This document shows positions 1 to 9,724 of a DNA stretch of 64,000 bases, piece after piece. The stretch is from positions 544,001-608,000 of the forward strand of contig CAWDGJ010000002.1 in assembly GCA_963801815.1 (NCBI GenBank), written 5' to 3'. The position numbers and the translations under genes are program-made. The stretch is from an uncultured Verrucomicrobiae bacterium (GTDB taxonomy: Bacteria > Verrucomicrobiota > Verrucomicrobiia > Chthoniobacterales > UBA10450). Under the pieces are notes generated by a model, which was not told the origin of the DNA, did no database searches, and saw only the letters and a program-made list of their open reading frames with translations. Position 1 is the first letter of the stretch, and every line of letters starts with the position of its first letter.

Positions 1-917
1 TCTATAACGTTTCCGCGGGCGTGTCGCCTGAGATTCGAGCGGAGGAAGGCACAACTACAAGAAGCGCGGTGTCGACGAGTCTTGTTTGGGACCGTCGAGA
101 CAATCCCTTCTTAACTCGTAAGGGCGAGAGGATTTCCATTTCACCGTGGGTAGCCGGCGGTCCTCTCGGGGGAGACGAACAGACTTACGGACTTGATGTC
201 GAGGCGACGAAATACATGCGAGTGTGGAAAGATGTGATCTTTCTGGTCGACGCCGAAGCATCAACGGTTGACGTGTGGAACTCGCCGCAATTTAAAAACT
301 TCGAAACTATCGGCACCGTCGTGGCCGGTCCGCATGTGCCGCTCGCGTTTGATGCGATGGGAAACCCCTGCACCGATATTGGAACAGGGGGTTGCAATCC
401 GGTACCCCCGCAAACGTTTACCCAATCGATCCCGGCTGTGCCGATTTACGATCGTCTTTACCTCGGTGGCTCAAATAACCTTCGCGGCTTCCAGTTTCGA
501 GATATCAGCCCGAAAGACACCAATAATCAGCCTATCGGTGGACAGACGATGTGGCGCGCGACCGGCGAAATTAGCTTTCCGATCGTCGAAAAGGCACGCG
601 GAGCAATATTCTCCGACGTTGGCGCGGTCAATCCCGGAGCTTGGACTTTCGGCGTAGAGACGCTCGACGTTCCGCGCGGCCCGAATCAGATTGCAACGTT
701 CAGATACCAAACGCAGCAGGCCAAATTGGGGCTTGGGCCATTTCCGTCTCCGCTCACTCCTCGAAGATCGTTCGATAGCCTGGGCTCCGACGTCGGTATC
801 GGCTTGCGACTGGATCTGCCGATCGGACCGTTGCGGCTCGATTATGGATTCCCAATCGATACCGCCGGAAATGCGAGCCACGGCCACCTGAATTTCAGTG
901 TGGGCTACCAATTTTGA
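1..917 (+). CDS. bamA: Outer membrane protein assembly factor BamA, C-terminal part (truncated by window edge)
   Basis: Omp85 barrel motifs LYLGGSNNLRGF and PIGPLRLDYGFP; C-terminal aromatic (GYQF); followed by ompH. Confidence 0.9.
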   Translation, partial: YNVSAGVSPEIRAEEGTTTRSAVSTSLVWDRRDNPFLTRKGERISISPWVAGGPLGGDEQTYGLDVEATKYMRVWKDVIFLVDAEASTVDVWNSPQFKNFETIGTVVAGPHVPLAFDAMGNPCTDIGTGGCNPVPPQTFTQSIPAVPIYDRLYLGGSNNLRGFQFRDISPKDTNNQPIGGQTMWRATGEISFPIVEKARGAIFSDVGAVNPGAWTFGVETLDVPRGPNQIATFRYQTQQAKLGLGPFPSPLTPRRSFDSLGSDVGIGLRLDLPIGPLRLDYGFPIDTAGNASHGHLNFSVGYQF

Positions 918-975
918 CCCCGTAATATTAGACTTGCGGTCGGGCCGGTTTCCAACGACTTGTTTACCCCTTCTT

Positions 976-1608
976 ATGAAAAAGATGCTGTTTTTGACAT
1001 TTGCTTCGCTGCTCGTCCTGCCGATCGCCGTGCAGGCGCAGGGATTAAAGATCGGGACGGTGGACATGAACCGGACCTTTCGGGAATACAACAAAACCAA
1101 GGACGCCGAGGCAAAAATTAACGACGCCAAGAACCAGGCGAAGAAAGAATACGATGAACGTGCTGACGCCTACAAGAAGGCGCTCGACGACGTGAACAAT
1201 CTGAACAAGCAGCTTGACGCGCCCGCCTTGAGTGCAGACGCCAAGGCGCAAAAAGCCAAGGAGCGCGACGACAAAATCTCCAACATCAAGAACATGGAGC
1301 GTGAGATCACCGAGTTCCGGCAAACCCGCGAGCGTCAGCTTCAGGAGCAGGCTCTGAGGATGCGCGAAGGCATTGTCAAAGAGATCAGCGACGTCGTTAT
1401 GGAAAAGGTCAAATCAAGCAACCTCGACCTGGTTTTCGATAAGTCGGGCAACAGCCTCAACGGCGTGCCGGTCCTGATGTACTCGCGCGACAGTGTTGAT
1501 TTCACCAACGACGTGATCGCCGTTCTGAACAAACCCGGCCGTTCAAGCTCGGTTAATATGAACATGGGTCCGACAAGCGGCGCTTCCGCGACACCAAAGA
1601 AGCCTTAA
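976..1608 (+). CDS. ompH: OmpH/Skp periplasmic chaperone
   Basis: Signal peptide, KIGTVDM, long coiled coil, DLVFDK...DFTNDVI; downstream of bamA. Confidence 0.9.
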   Translation: MKKMLFLTFASLLVLPIAVQAQGLKIGTVDMNRTFREYNKTKDAEAKINDAKNQAKKEYDERADAYKKALDDVNNLNKQLDAPALSADAKAQKAKERDDKISNIKNMEREITEFRQTRERQLQEQALRMREGIVKEISDVVMEKVKSSNLDLVFDKSGNSLNGVPVLMYSRDSVDFTNDVIAVLNKPGRSSSVNMNMGPTSGASATPKKP

Positions 1609-1624
1609 TCGCGGTTTTCGAATC

Positions 1625-1661
1625 AAAACACACGCGGAGAGCAAGCTCGCGTGTGTTTTTT
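1625..1661 (+). terminator. Rho-independent terminator
   Basis: AAAACACACGCG...CGCGTGTGTTTT stem ending in a T-tract just after ompH. Confidence 0.75.
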
Positions 1662-1705
1662 GTGTACCGATCGGAACTTGAATTAGATTCTGAGAGATTC
1701 ACAGA

Positions 1706-2521
1706 GTGAAAGATCGACGACAGCTATTTTTTGCCGCCAGTGCTTTGCTGTTCGGGCTCGCCACATCAATCTTCGCGACCCCAACCTGGGAAGCGACGCT
1801 GACCAAGGACCCTCCAGGAAATTTTCCGGAACCCCGCCCCGTCCAGACCACCTATCATTTCGGCTGGTCCGGTATCACCGCCGGCAAGGGTGACATCCAC
1901 TTTAGCAAAGTTGGCGGTAAACGATTCCAACTTGAAGCATCGGGCGGAACCACCGGCTTCGTCCGTGCTCTGTGGAAACTAGATGCCACCTACCATGGAA
2001 CTGCGAATGATGAAACGCTTCACCCAATCGAAAGCACGCAAGTCGAAGCATATCGCCGAAAGAAAATCACCACCGGGCTGACTTTCACGGATTCTAGCGT
2101 GACCCGCACCCGCACCGAAAATCCCGGCCCGAAAGATACGAAGCCGAAGTCGTTCAATTTTCCAAACTTGTTCGATTTGCACAGCGCGATGCTTTACTTG
2201 CGAAGCCAGCCGCTCAATGAGCACGCCGTTTACCGAATCGTGGTCTATCCGGCGACCTCCGCCTATCTTGCGACAGTAACGGTGCTGGGCCGTGAACACG
2301 TATCGGTCCACGCCGGAAGTTACAACGCGATCAAGTTCGATGTTCAACTCAAACGTCTCGGCAAGGACCTTGAGTTAGAACCACACCGAAAGTTTAAGCG
2401 GGCCACGATCTGGATTTCGGATGATCAAAATCGCATTCCGCTTCGCATTGAAGCGCAGATTTTTGTCGGCACCGTTTTCGCCGAACTCTACGCGGTGCAG
2501 TTCGAGCCGGAAAAATCCTGA
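1706..2521 (+). CDS. DUF3108-family exported protein
   Basis: Signal peptide; DLHSAMLYLR, TVSVxAG-like and IWISDDxxRIP motifs. Confidence 0.7.
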   Translation: MKDRRQLFFAASALLFGLATSIFATPTWEATLTKDPPGNFPEPRPVQTTYHFGWSGITAGKGDIHFSKVGGKRFQLEASGGTTGFVRALWKLDATYHGTANDETLHPIESTQVEAYRRKKITTGLTFTDSSVTRTRTENPGPKDTKPKSFNFPNLFDLHSAMLYLRSQPLNEHAVYRIVVYPATSAYLATVTVLGREHVSVHAGSYNAIKFDVQLKRLGKDLELEPHRKFKRATIWISDDQNRIPLRIEAQIFVGTVFAELYAVQFEPEKS

Positions 2522-2547
2522 CTGCACGCGTTCGACCCCGGGGGAAG

Positions 2548-3300
2548 TCAGCGTTCGTGGATCCATTCACCGCGCACCGGCTGTTGCGGCGGACGACGAC
2601 GCGGAATGTAGACGGGTCTGTTTCCACCCGGCAACAGTTCAAGTGCCGCAAGAGTTTCCAGATCGAGCCGGCCGGTGACGGGCAAGTGCACCCGCGCCTG
2701 ATACGCGCGCAGCGAAAATTCAAAATCGGGGCCGACCATCCCGTCTAACGGACCACGATAAAGTCCGCGCTGCGCCAAAACATTTTGCGCCGCAACTATG
2801 ATATTGCGTTGAACATCCGGCGGCGCTGACTGATAGGGCGTGCCCGCAAAACTCCCCGCCGGAGCCGTTGGAACCACGCCTTCATCGCGCGGTTGTCGAT
2901 CTTGCCGCTGCGGTTCGGGAAATGGTTGACCAGTCATCGGGTTCGTCGGTCTCTGACGTTGTTCAGGTTCCGGCTCTTGTTTTAAAGGGGCTCTCAAGAC
3001 CGACGTATCGGGCGCGGGTGGCGCAGTAGTCGGCGATGCTTTGACCACCGCGCGGCCCCCAGACGAGTCGACGCCAAGGGACTTCAGCGTTTCGTCGCTG
3101 AGATCACCGGTAATCTGCAATCCATTGCGAATTTGGTAACGCCGAATTGCCGCGGTCGTGTCCGCATCTTTGTTGCCGTTGATGTCGCCGTAATAGAACC
3201 CTTGGTCCTTCAAAGCCTGCTGCACGCTCTCGATCGCTGGGTCGGCAAAGGCGACCACCGCCGACATCAGGAGGATCAGACCCGCTGTTCGCAGTTTCAT
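2548..3300 (-). CDS. Peptidoglycan-binding protein (two PG_binding_1 domains)
   Basis: Signal peptide; VQQALKDQGFY..AIRRYQ..GLQITG and a second AQNVL..GLY..RAYQ..LPVTGRLD repeat. Confidence 0.8.
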   Translation of the reverse strand: MKLRTAGLILLMSAVVAFADPAIESVQQALKDQGFYYGDINGNKDADTTAAIRRYQIRNGLQITGDLSDETLKSLGVDSSGGRAVVKASPTTAPPAPDTSVLRAPLKQEPEPEQRQRPTNPMTGQPFPEPQRQDRQPRDEGVVPTAPAGSFAGTPYQSAPPDVQRNIIVAAQNVLAQRGLYRGPLDGMVGPDFEFSLRAYQARVHLPVTGRLDLETLAALELLPGGNRPVYIPRRRPPQQPVRGEWIHER

Positions 3301-3337
3301 ATGGATGCTTGCTTTGACGCCGAAATTTTCGACCTAT

Positions 3338-4132
3338 TCAGGCCTTGGGAGCTGTAACCGCCAGAGTCAACTGACGTTCCTTCAAGACGTCTCGGTATCG
3401 GAGAATCCCTTCACTGATCGCCGCCGCCATTTGTTCGCGATAGTCGTTACTCTCCAATTTAGCAATATCATCCTTGCTACTGAGAAAACCTGCCTCCACC
3501 AGCACGGCCGGAACACCAACGTTCGCGATAACAAAAAACTGCTCCGATTTCGTTCCGCGGTCCGGCGCCTTGGTCCTGACCACCATTGCTTCCTGAATGA
3601 AGCGGGCCAGACTTTGGCTGGCTACCGTCGGGGATTCAGACTCCGCACCCTGGAAGAAAGGGATCCACGAAACCACACGCGGGGCCGGAGCCGCCTGGTG
3701 TTCGGCGTAATAGGTTTCGACTCCGCTCACGATTTTTTTCCCTTCGTTAAAGTGAATGCTCACGAAAATGCAATCGCGGGCGCGGTTTGTAACCGCGGCT
3801 CTATCCTGAAGCGAAACGTAACTGTCACCAACTCGAGTCATTAGCGTAGCCACGCCCTGCGCCTGGAGCAGTCTGTCCACGCGTTGCGCGATGTCGAGTG
3901 TCAGGTCTTTTTCGTAAATGGTCCCGCAGATCGCTCCGGAATCCTGGCCACCGTGACCGGGATCGATGACCACGAGTGCAAAAGGTGCCGGCACGCCGCT
4001 ACGCGAGGAACTCACCGGGGGAACAGTCAAAAGAATTTGCCACCAGACGAACGATCCCAGCATCAGCAAGAGTCCCAACCAGGCGACAACGTTTTTCATC
4101 GCCCAAATCTGACCCGTTGGCTTCTGAAACAT
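3338..4132 (-). CDS. N-acetylmuramoyl-L-alanine amidase (Amidase_3); start may be 4099
   Basis: IDPGHGGQDSGA, EKDLTL, FVSIHFN, PAVLVEAGFLS. Confidence 0.9.
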   Translation of the reverse strand: MFQKPTGQIWAMKNVVAWLGLLLMLGSFVWWQILLTVPPVSSSRSGVPAPFALVVIDPGHGGQDSGAICGTIYEKDLTLDIAQRVDRLLQAQGVATLMTRVGDSYVSLQDRAAVTNRARDCIFVSIHFNEGKKIVSGVETYYAEHQAAPAPRVVSWIPFFQGAESESPTVASQSLARFIQEAMVVRTKAPDRGTKSEQFFVIANVGVPAVLVEAGFLSSKDDIAKLESNDYREQMAAAISEGILRYRDVLKERQLTLAVTAPKA

Positions 4133-4134
4133 TA

Positions 4135-4914
4135 TCAGGTCCGAATGTTTGTGCGGACTTCGGCGTCCGTTAAAATCCGATAACGGATCGCGCTCCTGCT
4201 GTCGCGTTCAAGGACTGCTGCCTCCACTCCAGAGCTTTCGAGTTGCTTATTTCGATTTTGGCGAATTGCATCGCGGCCCGGCAATTCCTTGATTGCATCT
4301 TCGCCCAAGGCCATCCGGCCGACACTCCACGCATCTGCTGCAATCGTTATCGCGTCCGGCAGTTCGGCGTCCGTAGCATGATTTTGTTGCAGGAAGGTTT
4401 CCATAAGTTCCGTCGACACCTTCGCTCCGCTCAACACCGCGAAGCGTTGTCGCGATTGAGCAGCCGGGCCATCGGCTGCAATCGAGCCATCGTAGTCAAC
4501 GGACAAAAACAAATCTTCCTTCGGGCTCGAACCAATCTCGGCAAAAAGTAATCGCGCCAGATAGGGCGGGCCGTAGACTTGTTCGAACGCGGTCTTCATT
4601 ACCGGACTTAAGGAGTAATGCGCGAGACGTCGAAGCGAAACGTCCGAGGCCGAGCGGGTAAATCCTTCCGTGCTCGCCAATTCAATCGCCGCCAATCGCA
4701 GTCGTTCTATGTCGCCCGGATGACCGATCGCTCCCATCGCGATCCGGTCGTAAATCTCGTAAATCTTCTGGCGCGAACGCCGGGCAATGGTGAAGAAGAG
4801 AATTCCATCGCGATATCCGACCGCTGCGATCGGGCTGCCCGGGGCGAGTTGTGTCTCAACGTACTCGCGCCGGTTCGCGATCGCCTCCACCCAACGATAC
4901 GGTTCCTCGATCAT
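4135..4914 (-). CDS. prcA: 20S proteasome alpha subunit
   Basis: Ntn-fold motif KIYEIYDRIAMGAIGHPGDIERLR, GFTRSASDVS; coupled to the beta subunit gene. Confidence 0.85.
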   Translation of the reverse strand: MIEEPYRWVEAIANRREYVETQLAPGSPIAAVGYRDGILFFTIARRSRQKIYEIYDRIAMGAIGHPGDIERLRLAAIELASTEGFTRSASDVSLRRLAHYSLSPVMKTAFEQVYGPPYLARLLFAEIGSSPKEDLFLSVDYDGSIAADGPAAQSRQRFAVLSGAKVSTELMETFLQQNHATDAELPDAITIAADAWSVGRMALGEDAIKELPGRDAIRQNRNKQLESSGVEAAVLERDSRSAIRYRILTDAEVRTNIRT

Positions 4915-5726
4915 GCTACCTTTTGTTTGAAAACCTGGCCGATCTTTTCGTCCGTCAACGTCGTGATGCCGTCGCGCGAAACGATCTTGATCAGTGGAAA
5001 AATTTTGCCGCTTCGATCGACGCCACCAGTCGACGTGTCCGCTTCTGCCGCGGTATCGAGAGCGCGCAGCGTTACCGCCACCGCCTCATCTTGGTCCAGC
5101 CCATGAAGTTTTTTCGGTCCCCAGTTGTTTTCGTAATAAAGAATACCGCGCACCGCCGGCGAACCGGACCCGGTCGCAGCGTAATCCGTCACTTCAAATT
5201 GCGCGCCCATGGCGTCATAAAAATAAAGGCGCGCCTCAGGTTTCGAATTCGGATCGTAAGTCGCGAAGATCGGCACCACCACCCCGACCCCTTGCATGAC
5301 GAAACCAAAATTGTCGCGCAGCAATTTGGAAAGCGCGCGCACCTTTCCGTCCACGCTCATTTCCTGTAGTTGCGTCCGCCGAAAATACTGAAACGAATGT
5401 TCGAGCACACGCGCCATCTCCCATGCAGTCGCCGGCACGCCCGCGATCGCCATGATTGAATGGCGATCGATTTCCAAAACCTTATCTGCGCGATCGTAAA
5501 CTACGGTGTTGCCGGCAGTCGCGCGCCGATCGCCGGCCACCAGCACGCCGCCCGAGAATTTAAACGCGAGAATCGTCGTCGATTCCGTTGGAACAAAAGA
5601 ATGACCGCCGCCCGCACTGGTGACTTCCGGCGCGCTCTGCAGGAGACCCTTACGGCGCAACAGCGCCGGGAAATCTTCACTCGCTCCCGAGAAATTCGGA
5701 TCGAGGGCCAGAGGTGGCTTGTCCAT
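4911..5726 (-). CDS. prcB: 20S proteasome beta subunit with propeptide
   Basis: TTILAF..AGDRRAT..ADKV gives Thr1/Asp17/Lys33 in correct spacing; ATGSGS motif. Confidence 0.9.
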   Translation of the reverse strand: MDKPPLALDPNFSGASEDFPALLRRKGLLQSAPEVTSAGGGHSFVPTESTTILAFKFSGGVLVAGDRRATAGNTVVYDRADKVLEIDRHSIMAIAGVPATAWEMARVLEHSFQYFRRTQLQEMSVDGKVRALSKLLRDNFGFVMQGVGVVVPIFATYDPNSKPEARLYFYDAMGAQFEVTDYAATGSGSPAVRGILYYENNWGPKKLHGLDQDEAVAVTLRALDTAAEADTSTGGVDRSGKIFPLIKIVSRDGITTLTDEKIGQVFKQKVA

Positions 5727-5902
5727 TATTGCCCCGTTCGCTGGCGATAGCGCTTCGATTGATTGGGATCCACCTTGCGCATCTTCTTGAGCAAATCCTT
5801 GGTGTCAGGCCGCGAAATGTCGGGCGAGCGCGGACCTCCTTCGTCTCCCTGCTTGGGACCCCACGGAGCGGGATCGAACGGCTTTTGCACACGCTCCGGC
5901 AT
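5726..5902 (-). CDS. ubact: Ubiquitin-like protein UBact (Pup analogue), 58 aa
   Basis: Manual translation MPERVQKPFDPAPWGPKQGDEGGPRSPDISRPDTKDLLKKMRKVDPNQSKRYRQRTGQ; C-terminal RTGQ; stop overlaps prcB start (TAATG). Confidence 0.9.
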   Translation of the reverse strand: MPERVQKPFDPAPWGPKQGDEGGPRSPDISRPDTKDLLKKMRKVDPNQSKRYRQRTGQ

Positions 5903-6002
5903 GCAAAAAATTTAAGGAGAAATAGAGTAAAGGCAAGCCGGCTCCCCCTCCGGTTCTACCTCGCTTGCCAGCGATAGCGGCTGATGGCAAAATCCGAGTC
6001 CG

Positions 6003-6506
6003 ATGAGATCGCTGGTTACGGGAGCTGTGGGCGCATTCGCATGGATTGTAATTGCGGGCTCCGACAACTTCGGACAAACAATGGCACCGACGCCGAACCA
6101 GTCTGTGAGCCAGGCTGTGCAACTTCAGGAGCTCACCAAAAAAATCGACGAACAAAACGCGAAGATCGACATGCTTTCGCAGGAAATTCTAAAACTTCAG
6201 CTCGAGATCGCCAATCATCGCCCCGGCGTCATGATCGGAGAAGGTGCGCCAACAGGTTCGACGTCGACATCAACCACTACTGCGACATCCAGCGCGACAC
6301 CTGAATCATCCACCAAGACCGGCAATGACAACAATCACGTCGTCGCGCGCGGCGAAACGCTTACGTCAATTGCAAAAATGTACGGCGTGAGCGTGGGGGA
6401 GCTCCAGAAATATAACCACATCGACAATCCGCTGAAGTTGCAGGCAGGCCAGACTCTTTTAATTCCACCGTCTCCCATCCCGTCACCATCTTCGTCCGGC
6501 GAATAA
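6003..6506 (+). CDS. LysM peptidoglycan-binding protein
   Basis: N-terminal hydrophobic segment, coiled coil, HVVARGETLTSIAKMYGVSVGELQKYN..LQAGQTLLIP. Confidence 0.85.
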   Translation: MRSLVTGAVGAFAWIVIAGSDNFGQTMAPTPNQSVSQAVQLQELTKKIDEQNAKIDMLSQEILKLQLEIANHRPGVMIGEGAPTGSTSTSTTTATSSATPESSTKTGNDNNHVVARGETLTSIAKMYGVSVGELQKYNHIDNPLKLQAGQTLLIPPSPIPSPSSSGE

Positions 6507-6520
6507 TCGACGGAGAAAGT

Positions 6521-8387
6521 CTAGATCATCTGCTCGTCGGGAGACTCGATCGGCGCTGCTTCGAGTTCTGGTTCGGTTTCATCGATCTGTCGGCTCGATT
6601 CGAGCAAACTTTGCTCGCATAACCGCGCGTACTTGCCGCCATGTGAGATGAGCTCATCATGCGTGCCGCGCTCAATGATGCGGCCATGATCGAGGACAAG
6701 AATTTGGTCGGCGTGAACAATTGTGGAAAGCCGATGGGCAATCACGATTGACGTTCGGTTCGCCATCAAATGTTCCAGCGCCTCCTGAATTAACCGTTCG
6801 GTCGCCGTGTCCACGCTTGCAGTCGCTTCATCCAAAATCAGAATCGGCGGATCTTTCAACAAGGCGCGAGCGATGGAAAGGCGCTGTTTTTCGCCGACGC
6901 TCAGTTTCACGCCGCGCTCGCCGACAACGCTTCCCATCTTCTCCGGTAACCGCTCGATGAATTCGCGTGCGTTCGCCACGTCGACTGCGCGCCACAGCTC
7001 GTCATCCGTCGCCGTTGGTTTTCCCATTAGGAGATTTTCACGGATCGAGCCGTTGAACAGGAAACTTTCCTGCGTGACGACGCCAATATTCTCGCGCAAT
7101 GCGCGAAGGCTGTATTCGCGAACCTCTTTTCCATCGACAAAGATTTGTCCGTCGTTTGCCGGCAATTCGTAGAAACGCGGCAACAAACTGACGAGTGTCG
7201 ACTTGCCCGCGCCGGTTGAACCGACGAGTGCAATCGTCTCGCCCGGGCGGGCGTGAAACGAGATGCGATCCAACGCAAGACGCCCGTCGCCACTGTAGCC
7301 GAAGCTAACATTCTCGTAGCGATACGTCGCCGACGATGGCCGATTCCGTTCCCGGCGTCAGCCAGCCCGGCTCAATCGGTTCATCGATAATTTCGAAAAC
7401 GCGTTCACCGGCAGCGCGGCCGGCCTGAAGCAGTTGGTTGAGCTGATGCAGTTTCCCCACCGGCTCATAAAGATAACCACTCAGCAACAGAAACGCGCCG
7501 AGGTCGCCGAGTTGCATTGAGCCATTAAGCACGGCGCGTGTCCCGACCAGAACCGTCACGATCACGCCGAGCGTCCCGATCAAGTACATCGACGGATTGT
7601 AGGCGGCCCACACTTTCATTACGACGAGGGTGGCCCGGCGCAGTTCGTCGCTAACGCGATTGAATCGTTGATGTTCTTCTTTTTCGCGCGCGAAGCTTCG
7701 GATTTGCCGAATGCCGGAAAGATTGTCGTGCAGCAGCGCGTTCATGGCGGACGAAGCGCGTCGTTGCAATCGATATCGACGATGCGCCGTCAGGGTGTAC
7801 CAAAGCGCACCAGCCGCGAGAAATGGCACCGGACTCAGCGCGAACAAGGTCAGTGTAAAACTGACGTAGCACATCATCGCGAACACAATCACCATCTGCA
7901 GGACAGCAACAACCCCTTGCTCGACGCCGTCGATCAGCATCCGCTCCACTGAGGTCACGTCTTCGAGTAACCGCGTCATGAGATCGCCCGTCGCACGATT
8001 GTCGAACCAGCGCAGTGGCAACAATTGAATGTGTGAGTAAAGGTCGCTGCGAAGATCAAAAATGACGCGCTGTTCGAACGTGTTGTTAAGGATAAGGCGC
8101 AGCGAATTGAGCCCGTTTTGAAGGAGCGCCGCCAATACCGCGAGCAGGATCAGGGGTGCCAGTTTTTCCGGGTGATGTTGTCGGATAACGACATCGAGGA
8201 TCTGCTTTGTCACCACTGGGAAAACGATCACCATCAGCGTGCCGATGATCGCGCAAGCGAGCATGCTGAGCGCGAGGCCCGGGTAATGTTTTAAATAACG
8301 AAAAACCCGGCGGACAGTTTCCATCCGAGGCGTACGATCGGAACGATCGTCCGAACCGGTCGCGTGACTGCCATGAAATCCTCCCAT
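6521..8387 (-). CDS. ABC transporter permease/ATPase (MsbA/MdlB-like), split by a +1 frameshift near 7322
   Basis: TMD in 7305-8387; NBD (GSTGAGKS, LSVGEKQR, ILDEAT) in 6521-7273; removing one base restores GDV-RYENVSF and a 621-aa ORF. Confidence 0.85.
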
Positions 8388-8395
8388 TTTTAAAT

Positions 8396-9301
8396 CTACA
8401 CCTGATCGCTCCCGTAGTAGCCGGATTTATGACGACCTTTGAACGTAAGCTCTGCGATCCCAGATTTATCGAGCTCGCCGAGACCCTCCGCGATCATGTG
8501 CTCGTACTGTTCTTTGGTCGCGCGAGCGAGTGGCAATTCAAGACCGAGCTGACGAGCCAGCTCATAGGCGATGCCGCTGTCTTTGGCCGCGTGGGCAGCG
8601 GAGAAGAAACAACTGTGATCGCGGTTTTGCATGTCTTCACCGTCGGTCTCGAGGACGCGCGAGTTGGCTCCAGTCTGTGCGAAAACTTCGCGAAGCATTT
8701 TCAAATTAAGGCCGAGCGCAGCACCAAGGCCGAGACCTTCGGCCAGGCTAGCCGTGTTGATATTCATTACCATATTGACGAGCGCTTTTACTTTCGCGGC
8801 TTCGCCCGCTTTACCGATGAAGCGAATGCTCGCAGCAAGCTCTCTTAAAATCGGTTCGGCCTTCCCAAACGCTCTCTCGCTTCCGCCGCACATCAAATAA
8901 AGTTTGCCTTCGCGCGCCTGGGTGATGCTCGAGGCCATGCAGGCTTCAAGCGATTCCGCGCCGGCTTTCTCCGCGAGTTTCTCAACTTCAACATGCACCT
9001 CCGGCGAAATCGTCGCGCAATTAATAAAAAGTTTTCCTCGCGCGTTTTTGAGCAGATTGTCGCCGCTCCCGGAAAAAATTTCTCGCATCGCGTTGTCATC
9101 AGTCACAACCGTGAAAATCACGTCGGACTCGGCCGTGACTTCCGACAAATCTTGAGCTGCCGCGCAACCAAGCTCCGTTGCGAGATCAGTCGCTGCTTTG
9201 CGATTGGAATCGTAAACCGCGGTGATATTAGATCCGCGATCTTTCAACCGCCGCGCCATATTCGCGCCCATTCGACCAACGCCAATGAAGCCAATATTCA
9301 T
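8396..9301 (-). CDS. NAD(P)-dependent beta-hydroxyacid dehydrogenase (3-hydroxyisobutyrate DH family)
   Basis: IGFIGVGRMGANMA; AAKVKALVN catalytic Lys region. Confidence 0.85.
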   Translation of the reverse strand: MNIGFIGVGRMGANMARRLKDRGSNITAVYDSNRKAATDLATELGCAAAQDLSEVTAESDVIFTVVTDDNAMREIFSGSGDNLLKNARGKLFINCATISPEVHVEVEKLAEKAGAESLEACMASSITQAREGKLYLMCGGSERAFGKAEPILRELAASIRFIGKAGEAAKVKALVNMVMNINTASLAEGLGLGAALGLNLKMLREVFAQTGANSRVLETDGEDMQNRDHSCFFSAAHAAKDSGIAYELARQLGLELPLARATKEQYEHMIAEGLGELDKSGIAELTFKGRHKSGYYGSDQV

Positions 9302-9675
9302 GTTTGAGGTTTGGTGTTTGAGGTTTGATTTCTGCTCGAAGTGCGCCGTCCTGCGGTGAAGATCGCAGTCAACTCATCGGCTTCTTTGAGCACTTCCTCC
9401 AATTTGTTTGCCGGCAGCAAGTTTCCATCGCGAATCAATTCCAGCCAGTAAATCGTTTCGTCAGCTTCTTCCGCAACGATCCCAAGTTTCGCAGCGAATT
9501 CGGCGCGCGAGCGGGAGCGACAGGCAGCACGATAATTGGCACCAATCGAGGTTCCACTTCGGACAAGCTGATTTGAAATCGCACGACCGGCGGGACTTCG
9601 AGGCAGCGCATCAACCAACTTCAAGATTCGCAAAGCAAACGCTTTCGTCCGGCTCTGCAGTTCCTGTTTGTTCAT
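9298..9675 (-). CDS. Four-helix-bundle protein (23S rRNA IVP/TIGR02436-like)
   Basis: QLVRSGTSIGANYRAA..SRAEF..KLGIVAEEADETIYWLELI. Confidence 0.85.
   Translation of the reverse strand: MNKQELQSRTKAFALRILKLVDALPRSPAGRAISNQLVRSGTSIGANYRAACRSRSRAEFAAKLGIVAEEADETIYWLELIRDGNLLPANKLEEVLKEADELTAIFTAGRRTSSRNQTSNTKPQT
9301..9328. repeat. Heptamer tandem repeat at 3' end of four-helix-bundle gene
   Basis: TGTTTGA GGTTTGG TGTTTGA GGTTTGA. Confidence 0.6.
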
Positions 9676-9680
9676 GGGGA

Positions 9681-9715
9681 AACATCTTAAATCTTACATC
9701 CAACATCTTACATGC
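9681..9715. repeat. Heptamer tandem repeat upstream of four-helix-bundle gene
   Basis: AACATCT TAAATCT TACATCC AACATCT TACATGC. Confidence 0.65.
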
Positions 9716-9724
9716 CGGAAAGCC

